A stretch of 64,000 nucleotides of DNA from Candidatus Magasanikiibacteriota bacterium (GCA_903893485.1 CAITMK010000004.1:431-64430); one strand, 5' to 3'. Shown: positions 10,623 to 21,207, counted from the stretch's first letter. The notes: generated by a model not told the origin, from the letters alone. Translations and numbers: made by a program.

Positions 10623-11094
10623 TTGGAACGGTTACAATTTCAATGGCCGTTGCATGCACAATACGCTTTTTAGCGTCGTACACACCTTTGACTTGAATAC
10701 GATACCCAATATCCATGTTAGTAAAATCCTTTTCTTCTCCGTCTTTATTTGAAATTTTGGTGTCTGAGGTAATACGAACGCTGCGCTGATCAAATGCTTT
10801 GATATGATTAAGCACAGACGCTTCGGTGATTACCAAGCTTTTTTCGCCATCGTTAATACCAATTACGGTACCAGACCAACTGGTGGCTTTCGCAGAATTT
10901 GAATTATCCACACCCTCAGCGCGTGATTTGCAGCGAACGCAAACAGCAGCCTTTTTAACTGTTTTTTTAACAGTTTTTTTGGCAGAAGTTAGCTTAACTG
11001 AAGCAACCTTGGCCTTTGTGGCAGCCAAGGAAATTGATGGGGTTGTGAGCGTGAGAATCGTGGCGAAAATGGCTAAGATGAGCTTCTTTCGCAT
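10597..11094 (-). CDS. Secreted Lys-rich beta-domain protein (DUF5666-like)
   Basis: Signal peptide (SLA-A), Lys-rich linker, CVRC, IGYRIQVKG...ATAIEI strands. Confidence 0.65.
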   Translation of the reverse strand: MRKKLILAIFATILTLTTPSISLAATKAKVASVKLTSAKKTVKKTVKKAAVCVRCKSRAEGVDNSNSAKATSWSGTVIGINDGEKSLVITEASVLNHIKAFDQRSVRITSDTKISNKDGEEKDFTNMDIGYRIQVKGVYDAKKRIVHATAIEIVTVPNAPVTKTK

Positions 11095-11134
11095 ATAGTG
11101 AATAAACTATAGCACAATGACCTTTTGTAGTCAA

Positions 11135-11854
11135 TTAACGGAGCCAACCGTAATACAGAACAATAACCCAAGCTGCCGGAATAAGAAAAAGACCCATTGG
11201 CAGGCTGTCCCCGATTTTTTTATGCCCCAGCTTGAGCAAAACCCCCGCAACCACCGCTCCTGCGGTATGAGCTAACAAAAGCAGTAAACCCAACTGTGTT
11301 GGCGTTGCCGCAGCAGCACCAACGATTATTCCAAGACCGACATCACCATCGCCAACCCACTTTCCTCGTGAAATCGCGTAAAGAAAAAAGTAAAACGTGC
11401 AGCCCAAAATTGCAGTAAGCGCGACCATGAGCATGGAACCCGATGACCACTGCGCTAAAATTGTGATAAAAGCCGTGATTACTGCAAACGAACGTGGCAC
11501 CACCATCCAACGAACATCGATATAAAAAATCAAGAGCGTAAAAACCGCAAAAAGTGCCCACCAAATAAACTCTCGCGTTGTGGTAAATCGCCACGCACCA
11601 ATTCCAAGCAGCGCACCGCCAAGCAACTCCATGACAAAATCAGTTACAATAATTTCTGTGCCACAAGAACGACAGCGACCACCAAAACCAAGATACGAAA
11701 AAATCGGAATCAATTCCCACCATGCCTTTTTTCGACGACAGACATCACACGCGGTCATGGTATGGCCGCCCGGATGATCCATCAATGCGCGCCCTGCTAT
11801 GGCCGCAAACGATCCAATCAAAACACCAATAACTGCCCAAAGAACGATCATCAT
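11135..11854 (-). CDS. pilD: Prepilin peptidase (A24)
   Basis: IGSF, CDVC..CRSC Zn site, ELIPIFSY, YID and GDGD aspartyl motifs. Confidence 0.88.
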   Translation of the reverse strand: MMIVLWAVIGVLIGSFAAIAGRALMDHPGGHTMTACDVCRRKKAWWELIPIFSYLGFGGRCRSCGTEIIVTDFVMELLGGALLGIGAWRFTTTREFIWWALFAVFTLLIFYIDVRWMVVPRSFAVITAFITILAQWSSGSMLMVALTAILGCTFYFFLYAISRGKWVGDGDVGLGIIVGAAAATPTQLGLLLLLAHTAGAVVAGVLLKLGHKKIGDSLPMGLFLIPAAWVIVLYYGWLR

Positions 11855-11855
11855 A

Positions 11856-12620
11856 TTATTTTATGAAGTAAAAAATCACGAGCGCAAAAACCACACGATA
11901 TGCGCCGAACCACCAAAAAATATTTGTGCGAATAAGCTGCAGGAATGCCCGAATCACGAGGAGTGCCGTAATGAATGCACCCACAAAACCAACGGCAAGG
12001 AGCATCCATTCGTTACCAGAAAAATGTAGCGGTGTTTTAACCAAATCAAGTCCGCTCGCCGCAAGCATGGTTGGAATCGCGAGCATGAATGAAAATTCAA
12101 TAGCCGCTTCACGTGTGAGACCGGAAAACATACCGCCGATAATGGTGGCGGCGCTGCGCGAAACGCCTGGAATCATTGATAAAATTTGAAATGTACCGAT
12201 AGCAGCTGCTTGTGGATACGTAACCGCTGCGGTGCCCCGCGGCTTTGCGCGTTTGTACCACGACTCAAACGCCATGATTGCAATACCGCCCAAAAGCAGC
12301 GACCATGCAACAACGTGTAAATTACCGAGCAAATAATGCTTGATAAGTTTATAGAGCAATAACCCCGCAATGCCCGTTGGCACAAACGCGGTACAAAGTT
12401 TTAAAAAAAGTGTTCGGTTGCTTAAAATACGTTTTGCGTACAAAACGATTGCTGCCCCGATTGAGCCGAGCTGAATGAAAATTTCAAAACTTTTTTGAAA
12501 TTCAGTTGCCGGAAGGCCGAGCAGTGCGGACGTGGCGATCAAATGACCAGTTGATGAAACTGGTAAAAACTCCGTGACCCCTTCGACGATAGATAAAATA
12601 ATAGCGTGCCAAATTTGCAT
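11856..12620 (-). CDS. uppP: Undecaprenyl-diphosphate phosphatase
   Basis: VEGVTEFLPVSSTGHL, PGVSRSAATI, FSFMLAIP. Confidence 0.96.
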   Translation of the reverse strand: MQIWHAIILSIVEGVTEFLPVSSTGHLIATSALLGLPATEFQKSFEIFIQLGSIGAAIVLYAKRILSNRTLFLKLCTAFVPTGIAGLLLYKLIKHYLLGNLHVVAWSLLLGGIAIMAFESWYKRAKPRGTAAVTYPQAAAIGTFQILSMIPGVSRSAATIIGGMFSGLTREAAIEFSFMLAIPTMLAASGLDLVKTPLHFSGNEWMLLAVGFVGAFITALLVIRAFLQLIRTNIFWWFGAYRVVFALVIFYFIK

Positions 12621-12639
12621 ATGCGATAAGTATATCATA

Positions 12640-12668
12640 TTGACAGTTTGGCGCATTTTGACTACCAT
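12640..12668 (+). promoter_or_regulatory. Sigma70 promoter of orphan 12698
   Basis: TTGACA-17 bp-TACCAT; AAGGAG SD before ATG 12698. Confidence 0.7.
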
Positions 12669-12697
12669 TTGCTAGCACACAGCTGCAAGGAGTCAAC

Positions 12698-13243
12698 ATG
12701 CATCGGATATTGGGTTTACACGCACCAACAAAGCCCGCGAGCGATCGAACGGTTTTTACCGGATACACGGTTTTGCGCAAGGAAAGTGGCCATCTGCGCG
12801 AAATCAAGCCAGGCGATTCGGCGTTTTACGCCGAATGGGATCCGCGGAAAGATTCGCAATTCCCGCCCGTGACCGGCCAAGCTGAGATCGTACGCCCGGC
12901 GGATGGCGTGCGGTTTACACTTGAATTTGCAGTGTTCATTTGCTGGCGCGAGATGTGCTGTCACCAACAAACTATTCTCGGCAAATGGGTGACGCTGTGC
13001 GAAATGCCGCGCGAGGAAATGTTGCGGCAGATTGCTGAGCGTATTCGCGAGACTGCGGCCACGCCCCGATTCGAAAACAACCGTGACACCTTCGTGGAAA
13101 CGGATCGTGGCGGCAATCCACACGGCTTCGTTCAAACGCTTCATCACCAAGCGTTCAAGCAGGCAATCGACGATCGGCTGCAAAACCTTGGCTGCGCCCT
13201 GCTCCACACCGAGGCTGGTCTCAGCTGGAAACCGTTGCCGTAA
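12698..13243 (+). CDS. GC-rich orphan hypothetical protein
   Basis: 181 aa ORF with own promoter, SD and downstream hairpin. Confidence 0.72.
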   Translation: MHRILGLHAPTKPASDRTVFTGYTVLRKESGHLREIKPGDSAFYAEWDPRKDSQFPPVTGQAEIVRPADGVRFTLEFAVFICWREMCCHQQTILGKWVTLCEMPREEMLRQIAERIRETAATPRFENNRDTFVETDRGGNPHGFVQTLHHQAFKQAIDDRLQNLGCALLHTEAGLSWKPLP

Positions 13244-13253
13244 CGTCGGCAAC

Positions 13254-13303
13254 AAAAAACGCGCTCGCGAGGAACAACCCCTCGCGAGCGCGCCATTTTT
13301 TAT
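13254..13303. terminator. Bidirectional intrinsic terminator
   Basis: GCGCTCGCGAGG-7-CCTCGCGAGCGC flanked by A and T runs between convergent genes. Confidence 0.8.
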
Positions 13304-13819
13304 TTATGCTTTTGCAACAAAATTTGCCTGACACTGTTTGATGATTTCAAATGCTTTTGCTTTGTCGCCGTAGCCTTCAATTACACAAACCTTTTTTTCG
13401 AGATTTTTGTATGTTGCAAAAAATTCTGAGATTTCTGCTTTGAGGTGTTCGTTTACATCGCCAATATCATTGATGTGTTTAAAGCGTGGATCTGCTTTTG
13501 CAACTGCAATAATTTTTTCATCTTGGCCTTTGTCATCGCTCATGATGAGCACACCAACCGGGCGCACGTCAGCGGTGCAACCAGGAAAAAGTGGATTTGA
13601 AACGAGAACGAGTACATCGAGGGTATCGCCGTCGCCGCCCAAAGTTTCTGGGAAAAAGCCGTAATCGAGTGGGTATACCACCGAGCTAAAAAGTACGCGG
13701 TCGAGTTTGATGGTACCACTTGTTTCGTCAAATTCGTATTTGTTTTGGCTGCCGCGTGGGATTTCGATAACCGCGGTGCATAATTCTGGAGCTTTGCTGC
13801 CAATAGAAAAGTGTGACAT
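13304..13819 (-). CDS. ppa: Inorganic pyrophosphatase (family I)
   Basis: IEIPRGSQNKYE, YPLDYGF, DGDTLDVLV, DEKIIAV. Confidence 0.96.
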   Translation of the reverse strand: MSHFSIGSKAPELCTAVIEIPRGSQNKYEFDETSGTIKLDRVLFSSVVYPLDYGFFPETLGGDGDTLDVLVLVSNPLFPGCTADVRPVGVLIMSDDKGQDEKIIAVAKADPRFKHINDIGDVNEHLKAEISEFFATYKNLEKKVCVIEGYGDKAKAFEIIKQCQANFVAKA

Positions 13820-13871
13820 AGAAAAATATTAGTGGGTGGATTTTAACACAATAAAATCCGTCGTGCAAGCC

Positions 13872-14585
13872 TTATTTTTTCTCAAAAATAACCACGTTTG
13901 CAACGGGGGTGTAGCTGTCGATGCTCTCGGTACCATTCGTACCGTGAACCGCAATTCCTGTTGACGCCCCACCATCTAAATTTATTGCCGTTACAATATG
14001 TGGCTGAAATTCGGCGAGTGCCTGCGAAAATTCGTACAACGAAATTTCTTTTTCATCGGCAATAATAATTACCACATTACCGGCTGCATCAAGCGCAATT
14101 GCAGTGCGACGTGCGATATGTGATGAATCTTTTTCAACCGCAGACTTACCCGCACGAATCAATATTGGATAACTCTGTATTGACTCTGGCGCTTGTAAAA
14201 AATTATTTTGCACCGCATCTTCGATCGTGATCGCACCATTATAAAATAATCCACCGCTTTTATCTTTATCAAATAACCGTTCTGAAATTTTTTTTCCACC
14301 TGATGCAACAAATCCTGCTGGTATAAAATCGATGCCCGCGAAGTAGCCGCCATTCACCACCACCGCTGGCGCAGCAGTAGTCACGGCCGCAACAGTTGAT
14401 GAAGTAACGGCGACGCGCATTGTAACCGCCTGAGATGGAACGCGCACAAATGTAAATGGAATTCCTTGTATTGTTGCGCGTTGGAGTTGAAAAAAATCGT
14501 GAATGCGTGGCTGAGTAGCAGTGTGTGCGAAAAAAATAATTATTCCAAAAATACCAGCACTGAGTACCGCATATGCATATCGCAT
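13872..14585 (-). CDS. Phosphodiester glycosidase (NAGPA) family protein
   Basis: VNGGYF, RRTAIA, AINLDGGAST motifs; N-terminal TM. Confidence 0.85.
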   Translation of the reverse strand: MRYAYAVLSAGIFGIIIFFAHTATQPRIHDFFQLQRATIQGIPFTFVRVPSQAVTMRVAVTSSTVAAVTTAAPAVVVNGGYFAGIDFIPAGFVASGGKKISERLFDKDKSGGLFYNGAITIEDAVQNNFLQAPESIQSYPILIRAGKSAVEKDSSHIARRTAIALDAAGNVVIIIADEKEISLYEFSQALAEFQPHIVTAINLDGGASTGIAVHGTNGTESIDSYTPVANVVIFEKK

Positions 14586-14586
14586 A

Positions 14587-15873
14587 TTAGCCGCCACCAC
14601 TCACGAACATGATGACTGCGGCAGCTCCCATTGCAACAAATGTGGTCCACACCAAAATATTTGATAACCATTTGCTGCGATATTCGCCCATAATTTTTTC
14701 GCTGCGTGCAATTTTAGCAATAAGAAAAACTAATGGCACTGCGGCAACTCCATTAAATACTGCGGTAAAAACTAGCGCTTTAATTGGATCAATCCCGACG
14801 TAGTTAATGAGCAATCCAATGAGGGTTGCAATGGTCACGACTCCATAAAATCCATGCGCACGACGAAATTTTAAATTTAATCCGTCGCGCCAATTTGCGG
14901 CTTCTGCAAATGCGTATGCCGCACTGCCAGATAATACTGGAATACCTAAAAAGCCCAATCCGATTACGCCGGTCGCAAAAATTGCTTTTGCTAAAAATCC
15001 TGCATGTGGAAAGGTGTGCACCAGTGGCTCGAGCGCGCGCGCTGCGTCAGCGGCGGTTGCGACATTGGTCAAGCCATTTTTGTGGAGCACGGTCGCGGCA
15101 ACCACAATAATACACCACGTGGTGATTTCTGAAGCAATCATGCCAACCGCATTGTCAACGCGCAGCAAATGCATAAAACGCTTCGTAATTTTGGGCTTCG
15201 CATTTTTTTGCAACATGTGATGTGCACGTTCTTCTTCGACTTCTTGAGATGCCTGCCAAAAAAACATGTACGGCGAAATTGTGGTGCCAAGCACACCGGT
15301 TATAATGAAAAAGAATTGAAAGTTTAATTCAATGTGCGGCACAAAGGTCGCAATAAAAAGTTCATGCCAATTGTGCTCGACAAGTAAAAAGGTAATGGGG
15401 TATGCGAGAAGCGTCAGCGCCGCATATTTTAAAATGCGTGCATATTTTTTGTACGATAAAAATATCTCGAGCAATAAAATAATTACCGTAAAGCTCAGCG
15501 TCAAAATGGTAAAATTGAGCGGAATAATTAATTGAAGCGCTGCGGCCATCGCCCCGATATCTGCGCCAATATTTATCGTATTCGCAATGAGTACAAGCGA
15601 CACGATCGCGAATAAAACTTTTTTACTATAATATTGACGAATCACGGCAGCGATTCCCTTGCCATTGACCGCACCGATACGCGCAACTGCCTCCTGCACT
15701 GCCATCATAAATGGCAGCATGAGCAGCGCGGTCCATAATTGACCAAACCCAAATTGCGCGCCAGTTTGGGTATAGGTTGCGATACCAGATGGATCGTCGT
15801 CTGCAGCGCCCGTCACGATACCAGGTCCAAACGACGTAAAAAGTTTTTTTGTTTTTGCAAAAATCGAAGGCAT
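14587..15873 (-). CDS. NRAMP family divalent metal transporter
   Basis: GPGIVTGAADDDPSG and GTTISPYMFFWQ motifs. Confidence 0.9.
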   Translation of the reverse strand: MPSIFAKTKKLFTSFGPGIVTGAADDDPSGIATYTQTGAQFGFGQLWTALLMLPFMMAVQEAVARIGAVNGKGIAAVIRQYYSKKVLFAIVSLVLIANTINIGADIGAMAAALQLIIPLNFTILTLSFTVIILLLEIFLSYKKYARILKYAALTLLAYPITFLLVEHNWHELFIATFVPHIELNFQFFFIITGVLGTTISPYMFFWQASQEVEEERAHHMLQKNAKPKITKRFMHLLRVDNAVGMIASEITTWCIIVVAATVLHKNGLTNVATAADAARALEPLVHTFPHAGFLAKAIFATGVIGLGFLGIPVLSGSAAYAFAEAANWRDGLNLKFRRAHGFYGVVTIATLIGLLINYVGIDPIKALVFTAVFNGVAAVPLVFLIAKIARSEKIMGEYRSKWLSNILVWTTFVAMGAAAVIMFVSGGG

Positions 15874-15955
15874 ACAATTATGTAAAAACACTATATCATA
15901 TTTTTTTATTCTTACCTATAAAAATGCGCGGCCCCACTGAAGTGAAGACCGCGAC

Positions 15956-16351
15956 TTAATTGTCGTCATCAAGCGACTGGTAATCCTCCACAAAGACGAT
16001 CGCCCCAAGTGCAAAAAACACCAATGGAAACGCGGTGCAGTATGCGATAGGTGTGTGCCAGAGTGGCGCCACGTGAAACGGATTCAGCGCTGCATGAAAG
16101 GCGTCGAAGCCGTCCGTGCGCGTGGTGCCGACCGCCTCTGCCATCATCTCGCCGAGCGCGCCAAATTTCGGGCTTTGCAAGGCAAACGCTGCGTACAGCA
16201 GTATCGTCAGAATGGCGTAGATCAAAACTTCCCACCAGAGCGAATACCCGTTCCAGTGCAGCGCCGCGGCGACACTGACATATCCGAGCAGCGCGCCTGG
16301 AGCGCGAACGCACAGCATCCGCCACAAAACTTTTCCGATTTTTTCTTTCAT
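15956..16351 (-). CDS. GC-rich orphan membrane protein
   Basis: 3 hydrophobic segments; TTGACA-17-TATAAA promoter (16406-16378), G-run SD, terminator hairpin 15920-15955. Confidence 0.7.
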   Translation of the reverse strand: MKEKIGKVLWRMLCVRAPGALLGYVSVAAALHWNGYSLWWEVLIYAILTILLYAAFALQSPKFGALGEMMAEAVGTTRTDGFDAFHAALNPFHVAPLWHTPIAYCTAFPLVFFALGAIVFVEDYQSLDDDN

Positions 16352-16428
16352 GGTTCCCCCCCCCAAGTTCTGCAAGCTTTATACGGCATAAGTGGCTTTT
16401 TGTCAATAGATACGATACAATCAATAGT

Positions 16429-17193
16429 ATGAAACAGTGGCAATCATTTTTTATTATTTTGAGTATTTTTTTTGGCATGCTAATGCCTAGTTTTTCTTTT
16501 GCAAAAACCACATCCCCCGCTGCGGATCGCTATTTGCCAATTTTAATGTATCACCACATCACCAAACGCGTTCCACAAAATCCTTATTTTGTATCTCCCC
16601 AGATTTTTGATCAGCAAATGGCATGGTTGCAGCAAAATAAGTATCAGGTAATTTCCATGGACGCCGCCGCAAGTGCGCTGAAAAATAACACACCGTTGCC
16701 AGAAAAATCAGTGGTGCTCACGTTTGATGATGGGCTGCGTGATCAATATGAAAATGCGTTACCAATTCTAAAAAAATATAATGACACCGCAACATTTTAT
16801 ATTATCACCGGATCCGTTGGCAAAAAAAGTTACCTAACCTGGGACATGATAAAAAAAATGCATGCCGCTGGCATGGAAATTGGCGCGCACACCGAAACAC
16901 ATCCAAATGTCGCACATCTTAGTGGAAATAAATTAACCGAAGAAATTGCCGGTTCTAAAAAAATGTTGGAATCCGAATTAGGAATTCCAGTTACCAGTTT
17001 TGCCTATCCGGGTGGCGCGTATAACGATCGTGCGATTGCAGAAGTTCATGCGGCTGGTTTTACAAATGCCGTATCAACCCGCCATCGTGTCATGCATTCA
17101 ACCACCGAAAATCCCCTCGCACTTGGTCGCATGCACATCGATGACGATATGATTTCGTTTGCGCTTTTTGTAACGGGAAAAAAATTAAACTAA
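16429..17193 (+). CDS. Polysaccharide deacetylase (CE4)
   Basis: PILMYHH, LTFDDG, GAHTETHP, FAYPGG; signal peptide. Confidence 0.92.
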   Translation: MKQWQSFFIILSIFFGMLMPSFSFAKTTSPAADRYLPILMYHHITKRVPQNPYFVSPQIFDQQMAWLQQNKYQVISMDAAASALKNNTPLPEKSVVLTFDDGLRDQYENALPILKKYNDTATFYIITGSVGKKSYLTWDMIKKMHAAGMEIGAHTETHPNVAHLSGNKLTEEIAGSKKMLESELGIPVTSFAYPGGAYNDRAIAEVHAAGFTNAVSTRHRVMHSTTENPLALGRMHIDDDMISFALFVTGKKLN

Positions 17194-17645
17194 CGTTGGC
17201 GATTATATTTTCCCATGAGTTGGGCGTCTATAATGATATACTGCTCGGCCGCGGCAAGTACTTCTGCTTTAGTTGAGCCAGTTGGCAAATCGAGCTTTTC
17301 ACTAAGTGCAAATAATTTAAAAAAATATCGATGCTCACGATCCGGCGGACATGGCCCCGTATAGCCAGATACGCCACGCGTCGTCACTCCCATTTCACCG
17401 AGTGGCGCTTCCCCTGCGGCAATGTGGCGCGTCTCTGGTGGAATATTCCACAGCACCCAATGATCAAACATGCCGTCTGCTCGCAGATGAGTTGGTACAT
17501 CAGGATCTTCCATGATTAAAACTAAACTTTTTGCAGCCGCTGGCACGTCTAAAAAATCCAGCGGCGGATTATAATTTCCCCCATCACACGTAAATTCTGA
17601 CGGAATAGATGCATTCGGCGCAAATGCCGAACTAGCAAGCTGCAT
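17190..17645 (-). CDS. YbhB/YbcL PEBP family protein
   Basis: EDPD, HWVLWNIP, YTGPCPP..HRYFF. Confidence 0.92.
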   Translation of the reverse strand: MQLASSAFAPNASIPSEFTCDGGNYNPPLDFLDVPAAAKSLVLIMEDPDVPTHLRADGMFDHWVLWNIPPETRHIAAGEAPLGEMGVTTRGVSGYTGPCPPDREHRYFFKLFALSEKLDLPTGSTKAEVLAAAEQYIIIDAQLMGKYNRQR

Positions 17646-17648
17646 AGA

Positions 17649-17903
17649 TTATTTACTAAACAATTTTGAAAATCTGAGTTTCAAAATAGCAAACAAATAA
17701 ATAATTTCGAGGATACCGGCAGTGTTAATGAGTAGTAGTGCCACAAACCACCATTCTTGCCCGCGACGTCCCGCGTGCCAAAGTGCTAATCCTTTCCAGA
17801 GCAAGCTCCAGAGCATTAAAAAAATCATGCCCGTACCAAAGCCGTACATCATTGATGGACCACCAACGCCCGCGCCGTAGTAATTTGAACCAAAATTATA
17901 CAT
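17649..17903 (-). CDS. Small membrane protein (DUF5652-like)
   Basis: WSLLWKGLALWHA..WF...INTAGILEIIY pattern. Confidence 0.8.
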   Translation of the reverse strand: MYNFGSNYYGAGVGGPSMMYGFGTGMIFLMLWSLLWKGLALWHAGRRGQEWWFVALLLINTAGILEIIYLFAILKLRFSKLFSK

Positions 17904-17931
17904 ATGTCTTTAGTATATACCGTCCACCGTT

Positions 17932-18255
17932 TTATACTAGTGGGTAGCCAGCCGCGCGCCATGCTAAAATTCCGCTCGTTACATTATACAATTCAGCAGT
18001 CAGACCGGCTGCAGACAACATGGCGATCGCCATTTGACTACGGCCACCAGACAAACAGTTTATGTATATTTTTTTATAACCGCTCAGCGATTCAATTTTA
18101 TCCGCAAGTTCATCAACGGGAATATTTACCGCGCCAGAAATTGCACCCTTTGAAAATTCTTCGGGAGTGCGAACATCAAGAATTAAACTATCCGCTGGCA
18201 AACCCGCGGAAATGTACGCCTGCAACTGCTCTACCGAAATTTGTTCACCAACCAT
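17932..18255 (-). CDS. Rhodanese-like protein
   Basis: LDVRTPEEF..GAISGAVNIP, CLSGGRS, GILAW. Confidence 0.92.
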   Translation of the reverse strand: MVGEQISVEQLQAYISAGLPADSLILDVRTPEEFSKGAISGAVNIPVDELADKIESLSGYKKIYINCLSGGRSQMAIAMLSAAGLTAELYNVTSGILAWRAAGYPLV

Positions 18256-18264
18256 ATCAAATAA

Positions 18265-21105
18265 TTACACCGCGACTCTACAAACTTTTCCATCAACTTC
18301 AAATTCTGCAGCACCCTCACCCGCCGGCGCGAATGCAAAATTACTTACCGTGGCCCGCGCAAATTCATCTGCATTGCGAGTAATCAACTCTTGAATTTCC
18401 TGAGGTGCTTCCATGTTGAAGGTCGTCATTTCGCCTGGCTTTAATCCACGCGTTTTACGAATCGCATTAATGTTGCGCACCAACTCGCGCACTAAACCTT
18501 TTTCGCGTAGCTCTGGCGTGATGTTCGTATCGAGCGCTAATTCTGCACCAATCAAAACGGTTTCAACATTTAATTCCTCTTTGATAATTTCAAAGAGCGG
18601 CTCAAGCGCGTTGACTGATGGTGGTACCGTGAGCGATGCAAGCGCTTGGCGAATTGGCACGCCAGATTTCGCGCGAAGCTCAAGCGCGCTGGAAACCAAT
18701 TCGCGCACCGCATCCATTTGCGTTAAAATTTCTGTGTTGACTGGTGCGGTTGCTGGCCATTCGGTCAGGTGTACAGAATTTTCAGCGCCGTTTAATTCGC
18801 GATACACCGCATCAGCAAACAATGGCGTGAATGGTGCAAATAATTTTGCAAGTGTGGCAAGTGTATGACGAAGCATGGCCGCTGCAGCAGCTGCATCGTC
18901 GCCGCCATTTTTGAAACGATTACGCGAACGGCGCACATACCATGTTGAAAGTTCATTAACAAATGCCATGAGTTCACGCGAAGCGTCCGTGATTTCACAA
19001 GTTTCCATTTTTTCGGTAACGATATTGATCGTTTTTTGAAGACGCGCCTCAAGCCATGCATCGAGCGGATGTGCGGTTGAAATTTCTGCCGCAACCGGAC
19101 CCGTATATAACTTATAAAATTCCAAGGTGTTCCACACGATAAGGAAAACTTTTTTCACAATTTCATCAACACCTTTTTTCTCGAAAATTTTAGTGTCGCC
19201 TGGTTGTGACATGGAATACAAATGCAAGCGAAGTGGATCCGCGCCAAACTCGCCAAAAATTTCCCACGGATCAACAATGTTACCTTTTGACTTCGACATC
19301 TTCTGCCCTTTGCCGTCCAAGATATGACCAAGACACACCACATTTTTGTATGGCGCCGGAAGATCGAGCAATGTTGCAACCGCAAGTAACGTATAAAACC
19401 AACCACGCGTTTGATCAATTGCTTCTGCAATATAATCAGCTGGGAAATGCGATTCAAAATTTTGTTTTGCGGTGCCTTCCTGGCCCCACTGGTAACCCCA
19501 TTGCGCAACAAACATGGCGCCAGAATCGTACCAACAATCCATAACTTCCTTCACACGGGTGCGCGTGCCACCACAATCACATGCGTATGACAATTCATCT
19601 ACAAATGGGCGATGCAAATCTTCGGGCGCTTGCATGCCGCGTGCGTCAATTTCAGCTTTAGATCCGAGCACATCAAACTTGGCGCACGTGCCGCACTGCC
19701 AAATCGGAAGCGGCGTACCCCAATAACGTTCACGCGAAATTGCCCAATCTTTTACGTTCTTAATCCATTCACCAAAACGACCATCGCGGATGTGCTCTGG
19801 ATTCCAATGCACGGTTTGATTTCTTTTTTGAAGCTCTGCCGATAATGCAGACATCTTAATGAACCACGAATTTTTTGCGTAATACAAAAGTGGTGTTGAG
19901 CAGCGCCAACAAAATGGATATTCATGTTCGTAATTTTCTGCGCGAAGCAAAAGACCACGCGAATTTAAGTCGCTAATAATTTCTTTAGCAATGGTGTCTG
20001 ATTTTACAAATTTACCAGCCCACTGTGTTACGAATGGTAAAAATTTTCCATCTTCGGCAACCGTATGAATTCGTGGCAAGCCAACCTTCAAACCAAGTGC
20101 ATAATCATCTTCACCGTACATAACTGCTGTATGCACGATACCCGTACCATCGGTTGTGGTTACAAAATCTGCGGCATATACTTTGTACGATGCGGCGCGC
20201 TGCTCAGGAGACATCTGATCGGCAAGATATTGAAAGAGTGGTGTATATTCCAAACCGACTAACGCGGCGCCTGAAACTTTTTCCAAAATTTTCGCATCCG
20301 CACCAAGCACCTTTTCAACAAGCGCCTCAGCTACAATAAAAATTTCTTCGCCAACTTGTGCGCGCACATACGTAATTTTTTCGCCAACGGCAAGCGCGAC
20401 ATTACCTGGTAATGTCCATGGCGTTGTAGTCCAGCCCAAGAAAAAAGTTTTTGGATCGGTAACCAGTGCAAATTTCACAAAAACCGACTCATCAGTGACC
20501 GTTTTATATCCTTGTGCAACCTCATGACTCGACAAACCGGTGCCGCAACGTGGGCAATGTGGTACGACTTTATAACCCTGATACAAAAATCCACGCGCAT
20601 CGACTTCTTTAAGTACACTCCACAGCGATTCAATGTATTCGTTTTGATACGTAATGTACGGATTTTTGAGATCCACCCAATAACCCAAACGGCGCGTCAT
20701 TTTTTCCCAATCAACCAAATATTCCCACACGCTTTCTTTACATTTTTTGTTAAATTCAATAATACTTGCACGAACATCGCCTTCCACCAAATTTTCAATT
20801 TGTGGCTTTCCAGAAATGCCGAGTGCTTTTTCTACTTGCAATTCAACAGGCAATCCATGTGTATCCCAACCACCTTTGCGATCCACACGGCGACCACGCA
20901 TCGATTGAAAACGTGGAATCACATCTTTAAACGAACGCGACAATGCATGATGCACACCCGGCTTACCATTCGCGGTTGGTGGCCCCTCGAAAAAAACAAA
21001 TGGAACACCATCTTTATTTTTTTCGTTTACTTTTTCAAATAAATTTTCTGCTTCCCACGTAGCAAGCATTTTTTCTTCTAATTCTGGAAATTTTGGAGCT
21101 GGCAT
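18265..21105 (-). CDS. ileS: Isoleucine-tRNA ligase, type 2
   Basis: EGPPTANGKPGVHH, GWDTHGLPVE, WTTTPWTLP, DQTRGWF, KMSKS. Confidence 0.97.
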   Translation of the reverse strand: MPAPKFPELEEKMLATWEAENLFEKVNEKNKDGVPFVFFEGPPTANGKPGVHHALSRSFKDVIPRFQSMRGRRVDRKGGWDTHGLPVELQVEKALGISGKPQIENLVEGDVRASIIEFNKKCKESVWEYLVDWEKMTRRLGYWVDLKNPYITYQNEYIESLWSVLKEVDARGFLYQGYKVVPHCPRCGTGLSSHEVAQGYKTVTDESVFVKFALVTDPKTFFLGWTTTPWTLPGNVALAVGEKITYVRAQVGEEIFIVAEALVEKVLGADAKILEKVSGAALVGLEYTPLFQYLADQMSPEQRAASYKVYAADFVTTTDGTGIVHTAVMYGEDDYALGLKVGLPRIHTVAEDGKFLPFVTQWAGKFVKSDTIAKEIISDLNSRGLLLRAENYEHEYPFCWRCSTPLLYYAKNSWFIKMSALSAELQKRNQTVHWNPEHIRDGRFGEWIKNVKDWAISRERYWGTPLPIWQCGTCAKFDVLGSKAEIDARGMQAPEDLHRPFVDELSYACDCGGTRTRVKEVMDCWYDSGAMFVAQWGYQWGQEGTAKQNFESHFPADYIAEAIDQTRGWFYTLLAVATLLDLPAPYKNVVCLGHILDGKGQKMSKSKGNIVDPWEIFGEFGADPLRLHLYSMSQPGDTKIFEKKGVDEIVKKVFLIVWNTLEFYKLYTGPVAAEISTAHPLDAWLEARLQKTINIVTEKMETCEITDASRELMAFVNELSTWYVRRSRNRFKNGGDDAAAAAAMLRHTLATLAKLFAPFTPLFADAVYRELNGAENSVHLTEWPATAPVNTEILTQMDAVRELVSSALELRAKSGVPIRQALASLTVPPSVNALEPLFEIIKEELNVETVLIGAELALDTNITPELREKGLVRELVRNINAIRKTRGLKPGEMTTFNMEAPQEIQELITRNADEFARATVSNFAFAPAGEGAAEFEVDGKVCRVAV

Positions 21106-21207
21106 AAAGATGTTGATTGCCAAAGTACTTTAGCGAAAATGTGGGTTTTTGTCTAGTTAAAAAATCCGCCCTGCCCCACCAGCTTACCTGGGGAACAAAG
21201 CGGACGA

